Shown one piece after another: positions 13,314 to 26,932 of a stretch of DNA of 64,000 nt. Source of the stretch: Gonapodya sp. JEL0774 (taxonomy: Eukaryota); contig JADIIX010000027.1 in NCBI GenBank assembly GCA_027604505.1, positions 124,001-188,000 on the forward strand. Direction: 5' to 3'. The notes under the pieces are model-generated. The model saw only the letters and a list, made by a program, of their open reading frames with translations. It did no database searches and had not been told where the DNA came from. The stretch's first letter is position 1, and every line of letters starts with the position of its first letter. The position numbers and the translations under genes were made by a program.

Positions 13314-14947
13314 ATGCTGAGAATCAGCGGGAAAACTTCACCTGATATTCCAATCGAGGACAACTCCGAGAACCCCGAACTGGACACCACGGAGGGGTCT
13401 ATTTCCTCGGCAGATGCAGATTTTTTCCCCACCGGGTCTGCACTTTTGACGCTCTCGAATGTTTTTCCCGAATGCTTGTCGGACAAACTCAGTGGTCTTG
13501 GACGAAGTCCTCGAACGCTTCCTGAGCTCGTTTGGAAGAAGATTTGCCGTTCGACTGAAGATGAGCGAGATCTAGCCAGCCTGGCAAGCGTGTGGTATGT
13601 CACCGCACGGAATGGTTGTGCGAGCACTGTCGGTCCTCACTTTCCGCGGTTTTGTCTCCCACTGATTTCACGAAGCAAAGTCTCGTGGCGGCCGGCAATT
13701 GAGACTCTCTGGAAACACGGACAGTGGCGTATTGATGATACACCTAAGGGAAGGAAGCGACTGCAGTGTTTTTATGATATGGATTCCGCAACCAAACGTT
13801 TAATTCGACCGCCTTGGGTGTTTGTTGGGCGTCTACCGGAACCTATGACTTCTGTCCTCGTTGAGCTGCTCTCTCAGTTTGTAGCACACGTGGAATGTTG
13901 GGATATTGAGACTGCCCCCAACGAGGTGTTGGTTTCGTTGGCTGCCACAATGCTCCCTCCGGAGAACGTCACTCAACTCTGGATTAGCGAAAACGATGGT
14001 CGTTCGTCACGATGGGTGAACATTGTACTTAGAAAATGTCCCAAGCTTCGCGAGCTGCAGGTGTATAACGCAACGGTGAGTGTTGTAATTCTGTCGTTGG
14101 CACAGATCCGGTTCAACTCTCAGCCAACTGTCCATTCCCACTGCGCTCCTAGAGAGCGCTGGATCTGCCACCATTGGAGAATCTAGAGGATCTTGCTCTG
14201 ACTGTGGGAACTGCATGGCTCCGCAAAGAGATATACACACGGATAAAGGGTTTTGAAAAACTCGAGAGACTCATGATTCAGGGGGACGTTTATGAACCCG
14301 CTGACGGAAAAGTATGCACTGTTGGATTTCTATGGAAGTGTCCATGACGGACGTCAAACACATCGTATCTGTTTGCTTCTCTTATTGAAACAGATTGAGG
14401 CTCTTCACTCGTTAACCCGTCTGAAAACTCTCATTCTGGGGCCAAATCCCTCTCTATCTATGGCACCAGACCGGATATGGTGAGCTCTTCGCCTCCAGCA
14501 ATTGCATAGTAGACTCAGTCATGGACAAAGCCACCTCAACACACTTCATTTGCAACCGTTAGGCCTCTTCTCGAATGCGTCGGTCCGAATCTCACCACCC
14601 TCGGCCTGTCTTGTATATCTCTCGGCGGTTTCCACGGCACGTTTGACGACTGCGCTCGCCTTCGTAACCTCTGCCCGCAAGTACGGGTCCTCACACTCGA
14701 TAGTGCCTCCATAAAATGGCTATCTGTTGCCGTGGAGATTCTTCTTCGATTTGAGCATCTCCGTGCTCTATCAGTATTGGGTTCAGTGATGCCATATAAT
14801 GCGGCAGAGCGACGTGTGTTTGAGGAGGTGGTCAAGGGAAAGCCACTCAGAGAGTTCTATTATAGGTGGAACAGCAGTGAGCAGGTGGCGGGCTACGTGA
14901 GCGGACGCATGTGGTATTGGCTGAACTGGGACTTGAAATCCAAGTAA
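13314..14947 (+). CDS. F-box-like / leucine-rich-repeat (RNI-like) protein
   Basis: TLPELVWKKIC..DLASLASVW is an F-box-like segment. Repeated LRR-like units follow (CPKLRELQV, LTRLKTLILG, FEHLRALSV). Multi-exon. Confidence 0.6.
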
Positions 14948-15028
14948 CGATATTGGGACTGTCCCTCCTCTGATGCATAGCATTCTCAAAATCATGGCAT
15001 ATGTATATAGTGTGAATTTAATCATTTG

Positions 15029-16251
15029 TCACAACTTATTTGTTCGCTCTGTTTCTAATACTGATGCCAAAAATCCTCCAATCCCCTCCAGTGCGTCACT
15101 TCGAATTTGGTGTCCGAGTCGTGGATACACCTGTGAAAGATCATTAGCAATGCAATACCAAGAGTGAGTGACTCCATAGGGAGTGATACTATAGTGGGAT
15201 TTCAATCTATCGCACCTTCACAGAGAGGTTCTGGAATCCCGATTGACGGAGGACGTTCTCCGTGGTTTGAACGCCTTGATCCACCGAGATGACATGGTCT
15301 GCGTCTCCTTGCAGAATAAAGTAAGGGGTATTGCTGTTGGTTTTTGTGGAAACCTGACACAGTCACGTTGAAATGATGCGCCGCCACAAAATGGATTGGA
15401 CGGTGAGACCAACCAATATTGTAAGCACCATCCGTTTGTCCTCAGGGTGGACCCAAACACCACCAACAGCGTACCTCCAGTGTTCTTGCGGCGGTCAACG
15501 GTGTTCTCCCAGAATATGCTATCACTCCTCCCAGTTTCCCGACTCCACCGTCAGTTCTTTCACGAGCGGTGAGGGAGATGAACAAACTGAGGGCGCAACC
15601 CTGTGAGAAACCACCCAGGATAATGCGGGACGGTGGGATACCGTGCTGCTCCGTTTCAGCGAGGATAAGCGGAAGGACTACGAGGATCGGATTTGAGCGT
15701 CACAGACAACGACCATCTTGTCTACCGGTCGAAAGCTTACCATTCTGCGCTCCTATTTCAATGCAATTTTCTTGCTTCATCGCATTATCACCCACTGATT
15801 TCCAAGAGATAATGTCGTACCCTGTGTTCGATAATCAGGGATTGTGAGTGCTGGGAAACATGAAAAGCTCTCTGGTTCAATCCTCCCCAAAACTCACATG
15901 CGTGCGACCTCATTCCATTCTGAGCAGTTATTGGTATTACAGGTGCGTGGGGGAAGATCCATTTTACGTATGGAAAGCGTTCTCCAAGCTGGTCGGAGAG
16001 CATTTGCCTTTTGCTTCGAGGTAAGGAGGACGCTCTGGGGAAATTGACGCAGAAGCCCTCTCACCATCCCATACCGGTGTCCTGTGATGATGAAAATGTG
16101 TGGGAGGAGGAATGAGTCACGGGGTGAGAGCCGATTTTGTCCATCCAAACGAAAACGTCGCACGCACCCCGAATCCATGGAGAAATATTACAGTAGCTGA
16201 GTGTTTGTGACCATCAAGGGGTGGAATCGTGAGAGCTTTGAGGGCTGGCAT
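15029..16251 (-). CDS. Acyl-protein thioesterase / phospholipase-carboxylesterase (APT1-like)
   Basis: Spliced: MPALKALTIPPLDGHKHSATVIFLHGFG|DTGMGW|..VKWIFPHAP..GIPPSRIILGGFSQG (nucleophile motif)..|VYPRLGHQI (catalytic His). Confidence 0.88.
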
Positions 16252-16487
16252 GATTGCCGGATCTCACGCGTGGAAGTAGGCACCCCCGACCGCGCTCACA
16301 AGTTCCGGGAGATCTTCTAGTTTCACAGAAAAGTGCTATACATTATCAAATTTTTTGAATGATACATAGGAAATATTCATGAGGAATTGCGGGTGCAAAG
16401 GTCGGGCTAGAAAAATAAGTCAAAACTAAATAAGTAAGATATAACGAGTGTGTGACCGTACAGTGGTAGGTGAGCTCGAATTGTTGC

Positions 16488-19400
16488 TTAGTGTACGAAA
16501 TTGTCATTCCGGTCCGAATCCACACCCGATTCGACACTACTACGATGCTTTTTGTCGCCACACTTTCTTAGACTCTCCACGAGCTGCTCAAGACGCACAG
16601 GTTTGGCTATGTAGCCTATTTGGCACGAAACACGGGCAATTTTGTTAGTTCCGTTTTCTAATATCCGTCGTACTTCGCAACAACCTACCGTCCATCCCTG
16701 CCGCGAAACATGCCTCCCTATCGGAGACAGAGACATTCGCCGTCATAGCGAAGATAAAAGGTTGACTGGTTGCGAGTAATGGATTCGCACGGATCAGGCG
16801 GGTTGCTGAGAGGCCGTCGGTCTCCGGCATCTGCCAACTCTGGGGATCGAATGCAAGAATAAATTGAAGGACATTCGCGGTCTCACCTGGAGATCCATCA
16901 AAACAAGATCATATGGCCGATTCTCGTCGTGAGCACGCTGTTTGACTTTCTGTGCGGCCTCGGATCCGTTCACGGCCAAATCAGCAGTAAAACCCAACTT
17001 TTCGAGGAGGCGAACTACAAAACCAGAACACAATTAAGGTAATCAAAAGACGGCATTTTGAGGCAAGACGCGTACTTATCAGCTTTTGGCTGATCGAAAA
17101 GACGAGAATATGAAATTTGTTGTTAGCATAATCTGACATCCTGCAGGAAGCACCTTACGCACTTCACCAAATTATCCTCTGCAACCAAAATCGACAAAGG
17201 AAGCTCTTTTCCTAGATTGGCAAACTCGCTGGGGGTTCCGTGTCCCATTTTCCTGCGGGAACTTGATTCTCGGCCCCGGGAGGGAGAAGAAGTTGGTGAG
17301 ATTCTCGGAGTCTGCGCGTCCCTGGCGAAACCATTCGTGCGACCGCCCGACGTAGAAGTACTGCCCAAAAGAACCTCCGAGAGATTTTCAAGATCTTTCG
17401 CCAATCCAATATCTTCGTTGCCTGTGCCTTTGAGAGCTCCACCGCATTCCTCGCCAACGTTTGATGCAAGCATACCGAGTTGAACGTCAAATTGGAATGT
17501 TGATCCGACATCAACTTCACTCGTGCAACTGATTTTACCACCCATGAGCTCGACAAGACGACGGGATATCACGAGTCCCAGACCCGTCCCACCATACTTT
17601 CTTGAAGTCGAGGCGTCTACCTGCGAGAAGCTTTGAAACAAGCGATCCATTCTAGAAGGAGATATACCGATGCCCGTGTCCTTGTGTGGCGATGGGTTGT
17701 TTGGTAGATGTACTTTGGCGACTAAACATCACTTGGAGAAAACTCACCGTCACAGAGATCGTTGCGCGGCACCGTTTAACGTTGTTTTTCGTCCATGGCA
17801 CTCTCGCTGCATCGTCGATCCCATTATCAGGTTGTGCCTTCAATTCGTCTTGAATAAACGGTTCGAGCCACCACGCGGAACTCTCTCTGTCCAGTTCCGC
17901 AATAATCTCTTCCGAGCAGCAGATCTTTATTCCCACACGTCCACCTGGTGGCGTAAACTTGATCGCGTTGGCTGTGAGATTTCTAACGTAAATTTTTAGT
18001 TGATCTAGTTGCGGTCATTCTTTCAGACTGGTGTTTCGCTCACATCAGAACTTGTCGCAGCCTTCCCTCATCCCCGAGTACGATATCCGGGACATCCACA
18101 GGTGTATAGGCTACGGGTATGATCGAAGGTGAACCGGGGGTAACAGTAGAAGCCACACGTTCACTGCCCCCAAGTCGGGGAGTAATATTGTCGGGGCCTG
18201 TCTGGATGACATGGATTTCATCCCGGCCATCTTTCCCGCAGATAGACCAGCTCATGGTCAAGTTCCTCTCACGTGCCCGGACACCGAGTAGCTCTAAAAC
18301 GCCACGAACAAGGTCGGGGAGGACAAAGGGTCGAGGGTCGAGCTCGATTTTCCCAGCTTTGTGTGAACAGGTAGGGTGATCAATGTCAGCGACATTAACA
18401 GCGCGATTCAACAGCGCAGAGCAGGAGTGCAACCTTCAATTTTGCTCCAGTCCAACACATCGCTGAGGATTGTATGCAAATCGTCACCACACGTCCTGAT
18501 CGTCCGAACAAGGTCACGCTGGTTGTCATCCAAGGCGGTGTCATGAAGAAGCATAGCGTAACCAAGTATTCCTGTGAGTGGTGTTCGAATTTCGTGACTG
18601 AGAGTGCCAACGTGAGAGTTCGGGGTGTTTGCAAGATACCCGCAACCATTTATTGCTGAAACGACGGAATGTACCTGATATTCGCCAAGAATTCGCTTTT
18701 TGATCGGTTTCCAGCCTCTGCCATTTCCTTGGCCGCGTTTAGCTGTCTCTCTAGCTCCTTTTGCAGAGAGACCTGGAACGTTCTCAGAGTCAGTACATAG
18801 CCAGAAACCTTCCACCAAAGAGTGACGACTTACATCCACCAAATAAACTAGAAATAGGCCCCCGCCGGTGACAGGGTCGTTCATTCGTTTGCCATCCATG
18901 CGAAACCACCTCTCTCCATTAATAGTTCGCAGACGAACTTCGTCTACAAACACACCATTGCGGATAGATGGTGATGAAAGAGCAATACGAGCCCTCTCAG
19001 CATCCCGTTGGTCTACAAACGCAGACCTTAGCAAGTTCGATGAAATTCGTGACTTGACATTGAGGTTCTCAGGCATCGAAACTCACCACAAGTCAAACTG
19101 CGTTCCAAAGAGTGCAACGGTGAGCGAATGCTCGACTAACACTCGATATTCGGGGCTCAAAACGAGAACGCAGTAAGGTGCATGTCGAAAGGACTCCACA
19201 GATCGCTATTGAGCGAAAATGAGCTCTCTTGGATTATTGCCGAGGTAACGCAAACTTTCCTCAACGACTCACTAGAACGTTTGGAGCAACAGTGGCATGG
19301 AGGACGTTGTACGAACTCTTCAGAGGTAGCGTCAGCCTGTTTCCTAGTTGTGTGCCGAAGCTGAGCTTTGCCCGCCGAAAGAGTTGCATCGTTTGCTTTC

Positions 19401-20464
19401 ACCCACCGTCCTCGGACTTCGTAACGGACTGGAGATCATGCTTCCTCCTCTTCTCCTGGGTCCGATTTCCCTCTCTAATCGAATCGGCTTCTTGGTCTAT
19501 TGACCTTCTGCGCTTTGTTCCATGGTTAGTGAGCGAGTCATCAGCAGCGACGTTTTCTCCATATGGGTCATCACTCCCCCTCTCAGTCTCCACAGGATTC
19601 TCAAAAGAATCTTGAGCCACACCAGTTCCGTATGGGGAGATAGTTGCAGCTCGCTCAACACCTTCAATCATGAACATGAGTGCACCAGAAGAGCTGTACA
19701 CCCCAGAGATGCTGCAATCAAAATTGACAGCCTGGGACCACAGGAGTAGTAACACCGAGTGCAAAGCAAGTAGTTCATTGTTCGCTTACCATTCGCTTCC
19801 CTTCTATGTTGCCGGGGTAGAATGTCCACTGGTTGGTGGATGGATAAGATTATCTTGCAGCACTCTGGTTCCACATTGAACACCCCTGTCACATCGGCTC
19901 ACCTGTTCATAGAGTTTCTCGCCCCTCAATAGTGAATCCTCTACCGTGATGTTGAATGGTTGAAAGTGGGTCGGCCCTCCAAAACAGTGAACAGACGATC
20001 CTCACCCATGTGGATGAGCCTTGACTGCGCTGCATCACTCAAGTCACTACGGTAGTCTGTTGACAAAAAATGTTCCAAGTCCCTCTTTCTCCAAGCATTA
20101 ACGCCCGCTTCGTTGGCCCAAACCATTCCAACTTTGTCGAAGTCCCACAACCACACGGGCGTCTGGAAAGACTTCAGCAGAGTCTTCACATTCTCGTCAA
20201 GCACGGGCCACGTCGGCTTCTGAGGTAGTTTAGAGGCACGTTCATGTATGAACTGACGTTGTTGCACGTATGTTGGAGCTGTGATGGGTGTTGAATGCAA
20301 GATTAAGTGGAGCACCATCGTTTGGAAACAACCAGCGTCAGAGAGCCATCAGCCCCCTACATGCACTCACTCCCATAAATTGCAGCGCTCGCGCTGAGGT
20401 TAGTGTGATTATTTGCCGTATGATTGGGTGGAGATATGTCTCCCGAGTCGGCAGAAGGTTGCAT
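16488..20464 (-). CDS. Hybrid sensor histidine kinase (PAS-like x2 - HisKA - HATPase - receiver)
   Basis: H-box [15 protein letters not shown]-boxes [25 protein letters not shown]. Receiver [38 protein letters not shown]. The start at 20464 is tentative, and ORF 20712-21158 might be a further upstream exon. Confidence 0.92.
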
Positions 20465-21493
20465 CGAACTGATCAGGAGGACAACAAGTTCTCGGATACT
20501 GATCGTGAATCTGAGTGCGGAATAGACAAAGTATTGTGTTCTCAATTGTTCCGATCAGATCATCATTTTGTATCCGCTGACTTGTCCCATATTTGTCAAA
20601 GCTGCACCTCTTTGGACCTCTCTGGACCAGTGACTGTCGCGGCTTCCCTCAATTACAACCAGAGTAGCACTCGACAAACACATCATTTGAGTGTGGTCTA
20701 GCAACAGCCCCTCAAGTAATTGCTCCGAGCGACGAGCTTTTCTGCTTCAAGGCATCGCAATTAATTGTATTAGTTATTGGTGTAATATTGGATGCCTTAC
20801 AAGATAACGTGGAAATAAATGCGTTGCCATTCGAAAACTGAAAATGCGTGTCCCCAGTGAGCTTGTTTTCAGGTGCAGTGTTGCGGGTGAGTGGGGTTTG
20901 AAACGGGAGCCTCTGAATTCTTGCGTGACTTTTCTGTCGCCCAGACTCGTTTGACGCGGAGATGGACACGACACTCGAATCATCGATATCTCCAGCAGAA
21001 CATCGAGTAGCAGCGAGCCTGTTTGCGTCCCAGGCTCCTGACTTTTCAGCATTGCCCACATTCCAATCTCCACTGAAACTCTCGCGAAAGAACTCGGTTT
21101 CCGCAGACACCGATGCAACTGAGGATGCAGGAGCACGCTCTGACTCAGACGTGTCCACTTTGGAGTCTAATCCAGACAGGCCGAGTGTAAGGACAAAGAG
21201 AGGTCGCTTTCGGTGTGTACTGATCGTTGTTGCTTGAATGTTGCAATATGGAACCAGAAGACACTTGCAACTCAGGATTTAGGATTGCAGGATGGCTGAT
21301 TGAAAGAGCTCGGCTGGAGTAGCAGCGTCCCCAACAGGAGCGTCGACTTGACAGTTCCTGCCTATGCGTGGATCAACAACCGTGGATTTTCCCTTGCACC
21401 AGCTTGTACCACGTCTAAAAGAAATTTTAGAGCAATGAGAAACAGGATGATGTGGATAAGTGACTGCCGTCGTGGACGTAGGCGCGGTCTACA

Positions 21494-23266
21494 ATGTGCG
21501 GCCCGTCTGACCCGCACTCTCGATGTTCTCCCACTTTCCATATTTGTGACCTTCACCTCGACATCTTCCCGCTTCTCTGCAGTCCAGCGACCGAGTGCGT
21601 CCTCGTTGAGTCCTCCTCGTCTGTCCGAGATCCCTACAACTCCTCCTCCGTGCCTATATACATGACCGCGACATTCAAGCAAACATCGGCAACAGAGATG
21701 GGAGAATATGACTACTCGAGATCCGGGAATCCAACGAGGACTCAGCTTGGTGAGTTGAGCGGACTGGAGATGCTTGAGTCAACAAAGAGCATCCCGTCGG
21801 GACTGGTGATCATGTTGGACAGCTTTGCCGGCGACCACTGCATCCAGTCTAGTCATGTTTGACGAAACTAACTTACATCACCTGTTTTTTACCATCATCT
21901 TTCGAAACCGCGGGATTTAGAGCTCCACCTCGCCAAACTTATGGGGGCACAGCGAGCCTTTGCGTTGACGTCCGGTATGGGCGCACTCGACGTTGTTACG
22001 AGGCTTTTGAAAAGTGGTGATGAGGTCGTTGCAGGGGATGATATTTACGGAGGTGAGTTGTTATCCTAGGGGGTTATTTTCTGCCTCAAAAGTGGTACCG
22101 AAGAGCGCATGTGGAGAATCATCGGGTGCATGGATGGGATATAAGTTATGCTAAAGAAAATGATCGAATTTTGCTGGTTATTGTTGCTGAGTGAAGGGGA
22201 CAATCACCAGCACTGCAAGCTCACTGTCTCACCTCTCTCTATCGAAACCATGGATTTCATTACCACCTGCTAACCCTCGTGTATCTGTGTCAGGCACCCA
22301 ACGCCTCCTCACTTTCCTGGGGACCCACTCGGGCATTCCCGTCCACCACTGCGACACCACGTCCGTTCAGTCTATCATCCCCCACCTCCGTCCCGCCACC
22401 AAGCTCGTCCTGCTGGAAACACCTACGAACCCTTTGCTCAAGATTGTTGATATACGTGGGGTCGTGCAGGCCGTGCGAGACCACGCGCCGAATGCGTTGG
22501 TCGTCGTGGACAATACCATGATGTCTCCTTATTTGCAGAGACCGCTAGAACTGGGTGCGGACGTAGTATATCATTCAGGAACGAAGTATTTATCTGGACA
22601 CCACGATTTGATGGCGGGAGTGGTTGGGGTCAGGACCGAGCAACTGGCAAAGGAGGTCTATTTCGTTATTAACGCGACTGGATGCGGGTTGCCTCCTTTT
22701 GACTGCTTTCTACTCCTCCGTGGGGTAAAGACACTCTCTGTGCGCATGGACCGACAGCAACGCAATGCTGACCGCATCGCGTCGTGGCTTGACGGTCTTC
22801 GGAAGGAGGATGGCAAGCGGGTTATTCCCCGGGTCAACTACCCTGGGTTACCCAACCACCCACGGAGGGAGATTCATGTAGCACAGTCCGAGGGCAGTGG
22901 AGCGGTTCTGAGCTTTACCACGGGCAGCGTGGAGAGGAGTACGAAAGTTGTGGAGGGGACCAAGATCTTTGGTATCAGTGTGAGCTTTGGGTGTGTTAAC
23001 TCACTCATCAGGTGAGTTGCCGAGTCTTCGGTGAATAACTTCGTGTTGGGTGTCGCATGTCACCTGAGAATCATCCCCCCCGAATCGTGTCATCACTGTT
23101 GTGACCCAGCATGCCGTGCCACATGTCCCACGCTTCCATCCCCGCACATATCCGCGCTGAGCGTGAAATGCCCGAGGACTTGATCAGGCTCTGTGTTGGT
23201 ATCGAAGATGTTGAGGATCTCATTGAAGATCTTGAGGCGGCGTTGAGGGGTGCTGGTGTGCTGTGA
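21494..23266 (+). CDS. STR3: Cystathionine beta-lyase (Cys/Met PLP-dependent enzyme)
   Basis: DPYNSSSVPIYMTATFKQ..YDYSRSGNPTR, LLETPTNP, VDNTMMSP, PLP-lysine motif HSGTKYLSGHHD, SVSFGCVNSLI, MSHASIP, LIRLCVGIED. The 5' exon is not resolved. Confidence 0.9.
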
Positions 23267-23551
23267 CAGAGACTGGACGTGTCCTGGCATGCTCGCAGGG
23301 AGTAGAAGACCTATGTTAAGCACTCATGAATGTGGTTTTGCAATGCATTTGATTCAACGTTGCGATGGTGCTGAGATTATAGCCATTTGTGAGTGCGTGA
23401 AAGTACAAATCTTGGAGGTAGATGTCATTGGAGCTACGTAGTAGCACCGTAATGAGTCATTGGCGTGAGTACACTCGCTAAAATAGCTACATATCCGGAG
23501 GACACATTCATTGCTGCAAGAGCAGATTCTACGCTGCGCATCGCGCCATCC

Positions 23552-25172
23552 TCACACAACTCCCCAGCAGTCCTCGAATGCGCCGGTAACCTTTGCACAT
23601 GTGACACTAGCACTCAGGTTGTAGTTACTTATGGAGACTTTGCGGTCCATAGTGCACCCCACCGCCTTCTCAAAGTCATCCGGCCCACGAGCAAACGCGC
23701 CCAAGAAAAACGCTATGGATGAGTCGGGATTCTCCGCGACGAGCTCGTTCGCCAAACGGCCGGATGGGGTGAGATCGCAGTCGGGGGATAGAGCTGCAGC
23801 GGAGCGGCGATCAGGATGTGAGAAATGTGGGACACGTGACCGATGACAATGGTGCCAGATGCTTACATATTTTAACGCACCCGGGCGGAAGGTGGTCCGA
23901 TACAGGATTACGGATGACTTTCATCAGCTTTTCGGGGGAGCTGGTGGAGCGGATAGATAGTTTGTGGAGGAGTTGTACTATGCAAAATACCCGAGGACAA
24001 CGAATTCCGTGAATGAGAGGAGCGAATGTGCGATTGAGTCTCTTCGCAATACGGGGGCTGTGCGGTTGACTCACCCATAAGTCCGGCAAACCGCTTGTAG
24101 GTTCTGGGTATGCGCACTGTCGGGTTGATTTCAATGAGGACGTTGGAAGCAGTTTGAACAAAGACCTGAAGGAGACCCGCTTTGTTCAGCGGAGAGTCGA
24201 GGAGAGTGAGGAGGCACTGGAGGGGTGTTGTTTTCCAGACAGCAAATGAGTTACTAAGTCGCCATATCTGAGAGCGCCATCTTTCTCTTTTCGTTTTGCA
24301 CCAGAAACAGCCCCCCAACAAACATGTGCAGCTCTGCAGGGGGAGCGAACACCACTTACCTGGTGTGCAATGTCAGGCCGATAATCGGCAATGTCCTTGC
24401 CCGTTTTCCTGAGAATATTTTGGTGATCGTCGCAGTTGAGCAGTGTGTAGCGTGCGCTGTCGCTCTTCGGCAGGTCTCCGGCCTTCTTTGATTTCCCACC
24501 CTTTGAGGCACCAGAACCCATTCTAACAACCTCCAGTGTCGCACCACACAAAATTATAATCAGCCTCCGAGAACGCGCGCTGTCGGCCCCCGTTTTTGGA
24601 ATCCGTGGAGGATGAGCGGGCTCGGCAAGATCAGCCGGTGCAAATGCAGGAAGGAATGACATGATTGGCGGCAAGGGGACGGCAGAAGACACGGAAATGG
24701 AAGGTTTGGTGGTCGAATGACCGGTTAGAGCGGTCTCTGTGGGAGCAGGCAGCGGTTGAGCGGATGGGTTGCTGAGTGTTGTAATTCCAGCATCCAAGTT
24801 TTCCCGAACAATATCCCTCCTGTCACTCGACTTGCCAACCGGTGTTTCTTCGTGCGCTTGTTCCTTTTTTCGGGATTTCGTCTTGGCCCCTTCCGGGTTT
24901 GCAGCTCCGTCACCGGATTCGACAATGTGTCTTTTCTTCTTCTTCGCGGGTTCCCCCAGGCTCGCACGACTATCACCCGCAATGTTTTTGGACGATTTGA
25001 CTTTGTCGGGCTCGGACAAGGGGAGTTTCTTAACACTGTCTTGGGGGTTGTTGGCCTGTTGTACCATCCCGGGAGAGCTGAGAGTTGTGTCCACGAACGA
25101 TGGATACTTTCGCTTTCCGCTTCGCATCGCGGGATGTGGGGAAGCCATTGACAGATCGCTCGTGGGGGCCAT
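23552..25172 (-). CDS. EMG1: 18S rRNA pseudouridine N1-methyltransferase Emg1/Nep1 with long N-terminal extension
   Basis: [90 protein letters not shown]. Confidence 0.95.
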
Positions 25173-25367
25173 GAGTGTTGATGAACGTGTCTTGTGCAGG
25201 AAAGAGAAAGTCTGCTGTTATGCAGTGGCTGCGGTCATGATCGGGAGAGGTGGTGCGCGCTTCGAAGCGCCCCCATCCTGAATTCCTTCTAAAACTGGGT
25301 TCTACCATTATATTCAACACGAACACGTTACTACCATCAAATTCACGCCGAGCACACACAACATATC

Positions 25368-26226
25368 TCAGTGCATTTTCCACGCCAACCTCGTTTTCAT
25401 GAGTAAACCGTGAGGAGCCCGTAAAGCTTTCCAAAACTTCCAGGCAGGAGAGAAAGCCCCATAAGACAGAAGCAACAACTCTGCCGTTTCAAGTACGATT
25501 CCAAGGTTAGGGAGAAAAAGCAGGTTAGAACTTCGTTTGTAGAAACGGGGTGGCAAGCGGGTGATCCGCGACTCTCACACTGCCTATGACATGAAGAGTC
25601 GAGCGGGCATCTGATGCATCTACTACATATGCCAGCGTATGTGCTAGTCGAGAAAAAACGTAGGTGGCCATGAAAGAGGACTGGAGACGGGCATCCAGCT
25701 TCAGAGCACACCAAAAGGATCAGTCACACCACTTCGGCGTCATCACCTTGGATTCAACTCACTCCGCAAGACCTTGCCACAAACAGTGCACAAAGAATGT
25801 AAGGAAAGCACTCTAAGCAATTTTCATGTGCCGCGTTCAACCTGGCGGCAAGGCGAATTCTGCTCCATCCGTCAGCTCGCGTTTGCTCAGAGCTTTTTTC
25901 CAATGCAGAGTCGTAATCCCGTTTGTTGGCTGCGAGACGATACAGGGTCGCTGCTTGGCCTCGTGGGAGTCCATTATTGTATCCGGCTGGAAGGGTGGCG
26001 GCTCTTGAAACGACCGAGAAATAGCTTGTGCCAGCTTCAATTACAGATGAGAGCATGCACGAGGAAACAAACAACGAAGACAGAGATCGTACAGTACACA
26101 TAAACAGCATACGCAGAGAGCAAAGCGAGTGGAACCCGATCTGAATCTACGGCACGAGGAATGAGCCGATGGAAACTCGTCGTTCCTTTTGTCAACTGAC
26201 TGACCTCCTCCGGTCGCCCATTCCAC
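25368..26226 (-). CDS. MAPEG-family membrane protein
   Basis: GYNNGLPR..RLNAAHENCLECFP..|..YVFSRLAHTLAYV..RSTLH fits the MAPEG pattern (N-x-PR, R-x2-AAH-x-N-x2-E, R-x2-H-x3-Y). The 5' end is uncertain. Confidence 0.7.
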
Positions 26227-26932
26227 GAACTTGAATAGTCCTATCTTCTCCCAAACTTGAAATTTCTCGAAAAATGCAGTTACTGGGAGGGCAGAGGCGT
26301 AACTGTAATGAATCGCGCGTCTGCGCTCAAGGATCGCTTAAATCAAGTCGCGGGAAAGAAATGAAGTCTCACAGTAATGGGATTCCAGCCGCCAAAAAGC
26401 TGGCCCGCGACTTGGTTTTTTCGTCCAGCATCGGTGAATCGGCGATTGAATGCAGATTCTGCGGAAGTGGTGGGTGACAGGAGCCTCATCATCCGCACGA
26501 ATGAGGGTATCATTTGCAGGAACTGAAACTGAAAATAAGACTGGCAATCTATTTCTGTATATGTATGAGATTGTAAATGAAATGGGACGGACTGATTAGG
26601 AAACCAATTAGCAGAATGGAAGCGGTAGAATAAATAGTTATCATGATGTGGAAGCTAATAGATTGATGAGTCCAACATGCATGCAACCGTCCGAGCGTTG
26701 ATACGACAAAGGTAGAATAACCTTGTGGTGGCGGCTTGGCAAGGCGGCACGTCACGTGAGCCTGTGCATGGAATTCCCTGGTGGCTGTGAAAGCTCCCGC
26801 GCCGCAATGACGGACTTCGATGGAACACACAATCGGTTCTTTTTCCGTTAGCTTTGCCAATATATAACGAGATCCGCTGTTTTGGCCTTCACCACTGAGA
26901 ACCCGCAATACTTTCTGAAAACCAAACCAGCA

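Noticed and set aside
20712..21158. 148-aa Ser-rich minus-strand ORF between the histidine kinase and cystathionine beta-lyase
   Set aside because: No recognisable motif or clear splice link. It may be an upstream exon or spurious.
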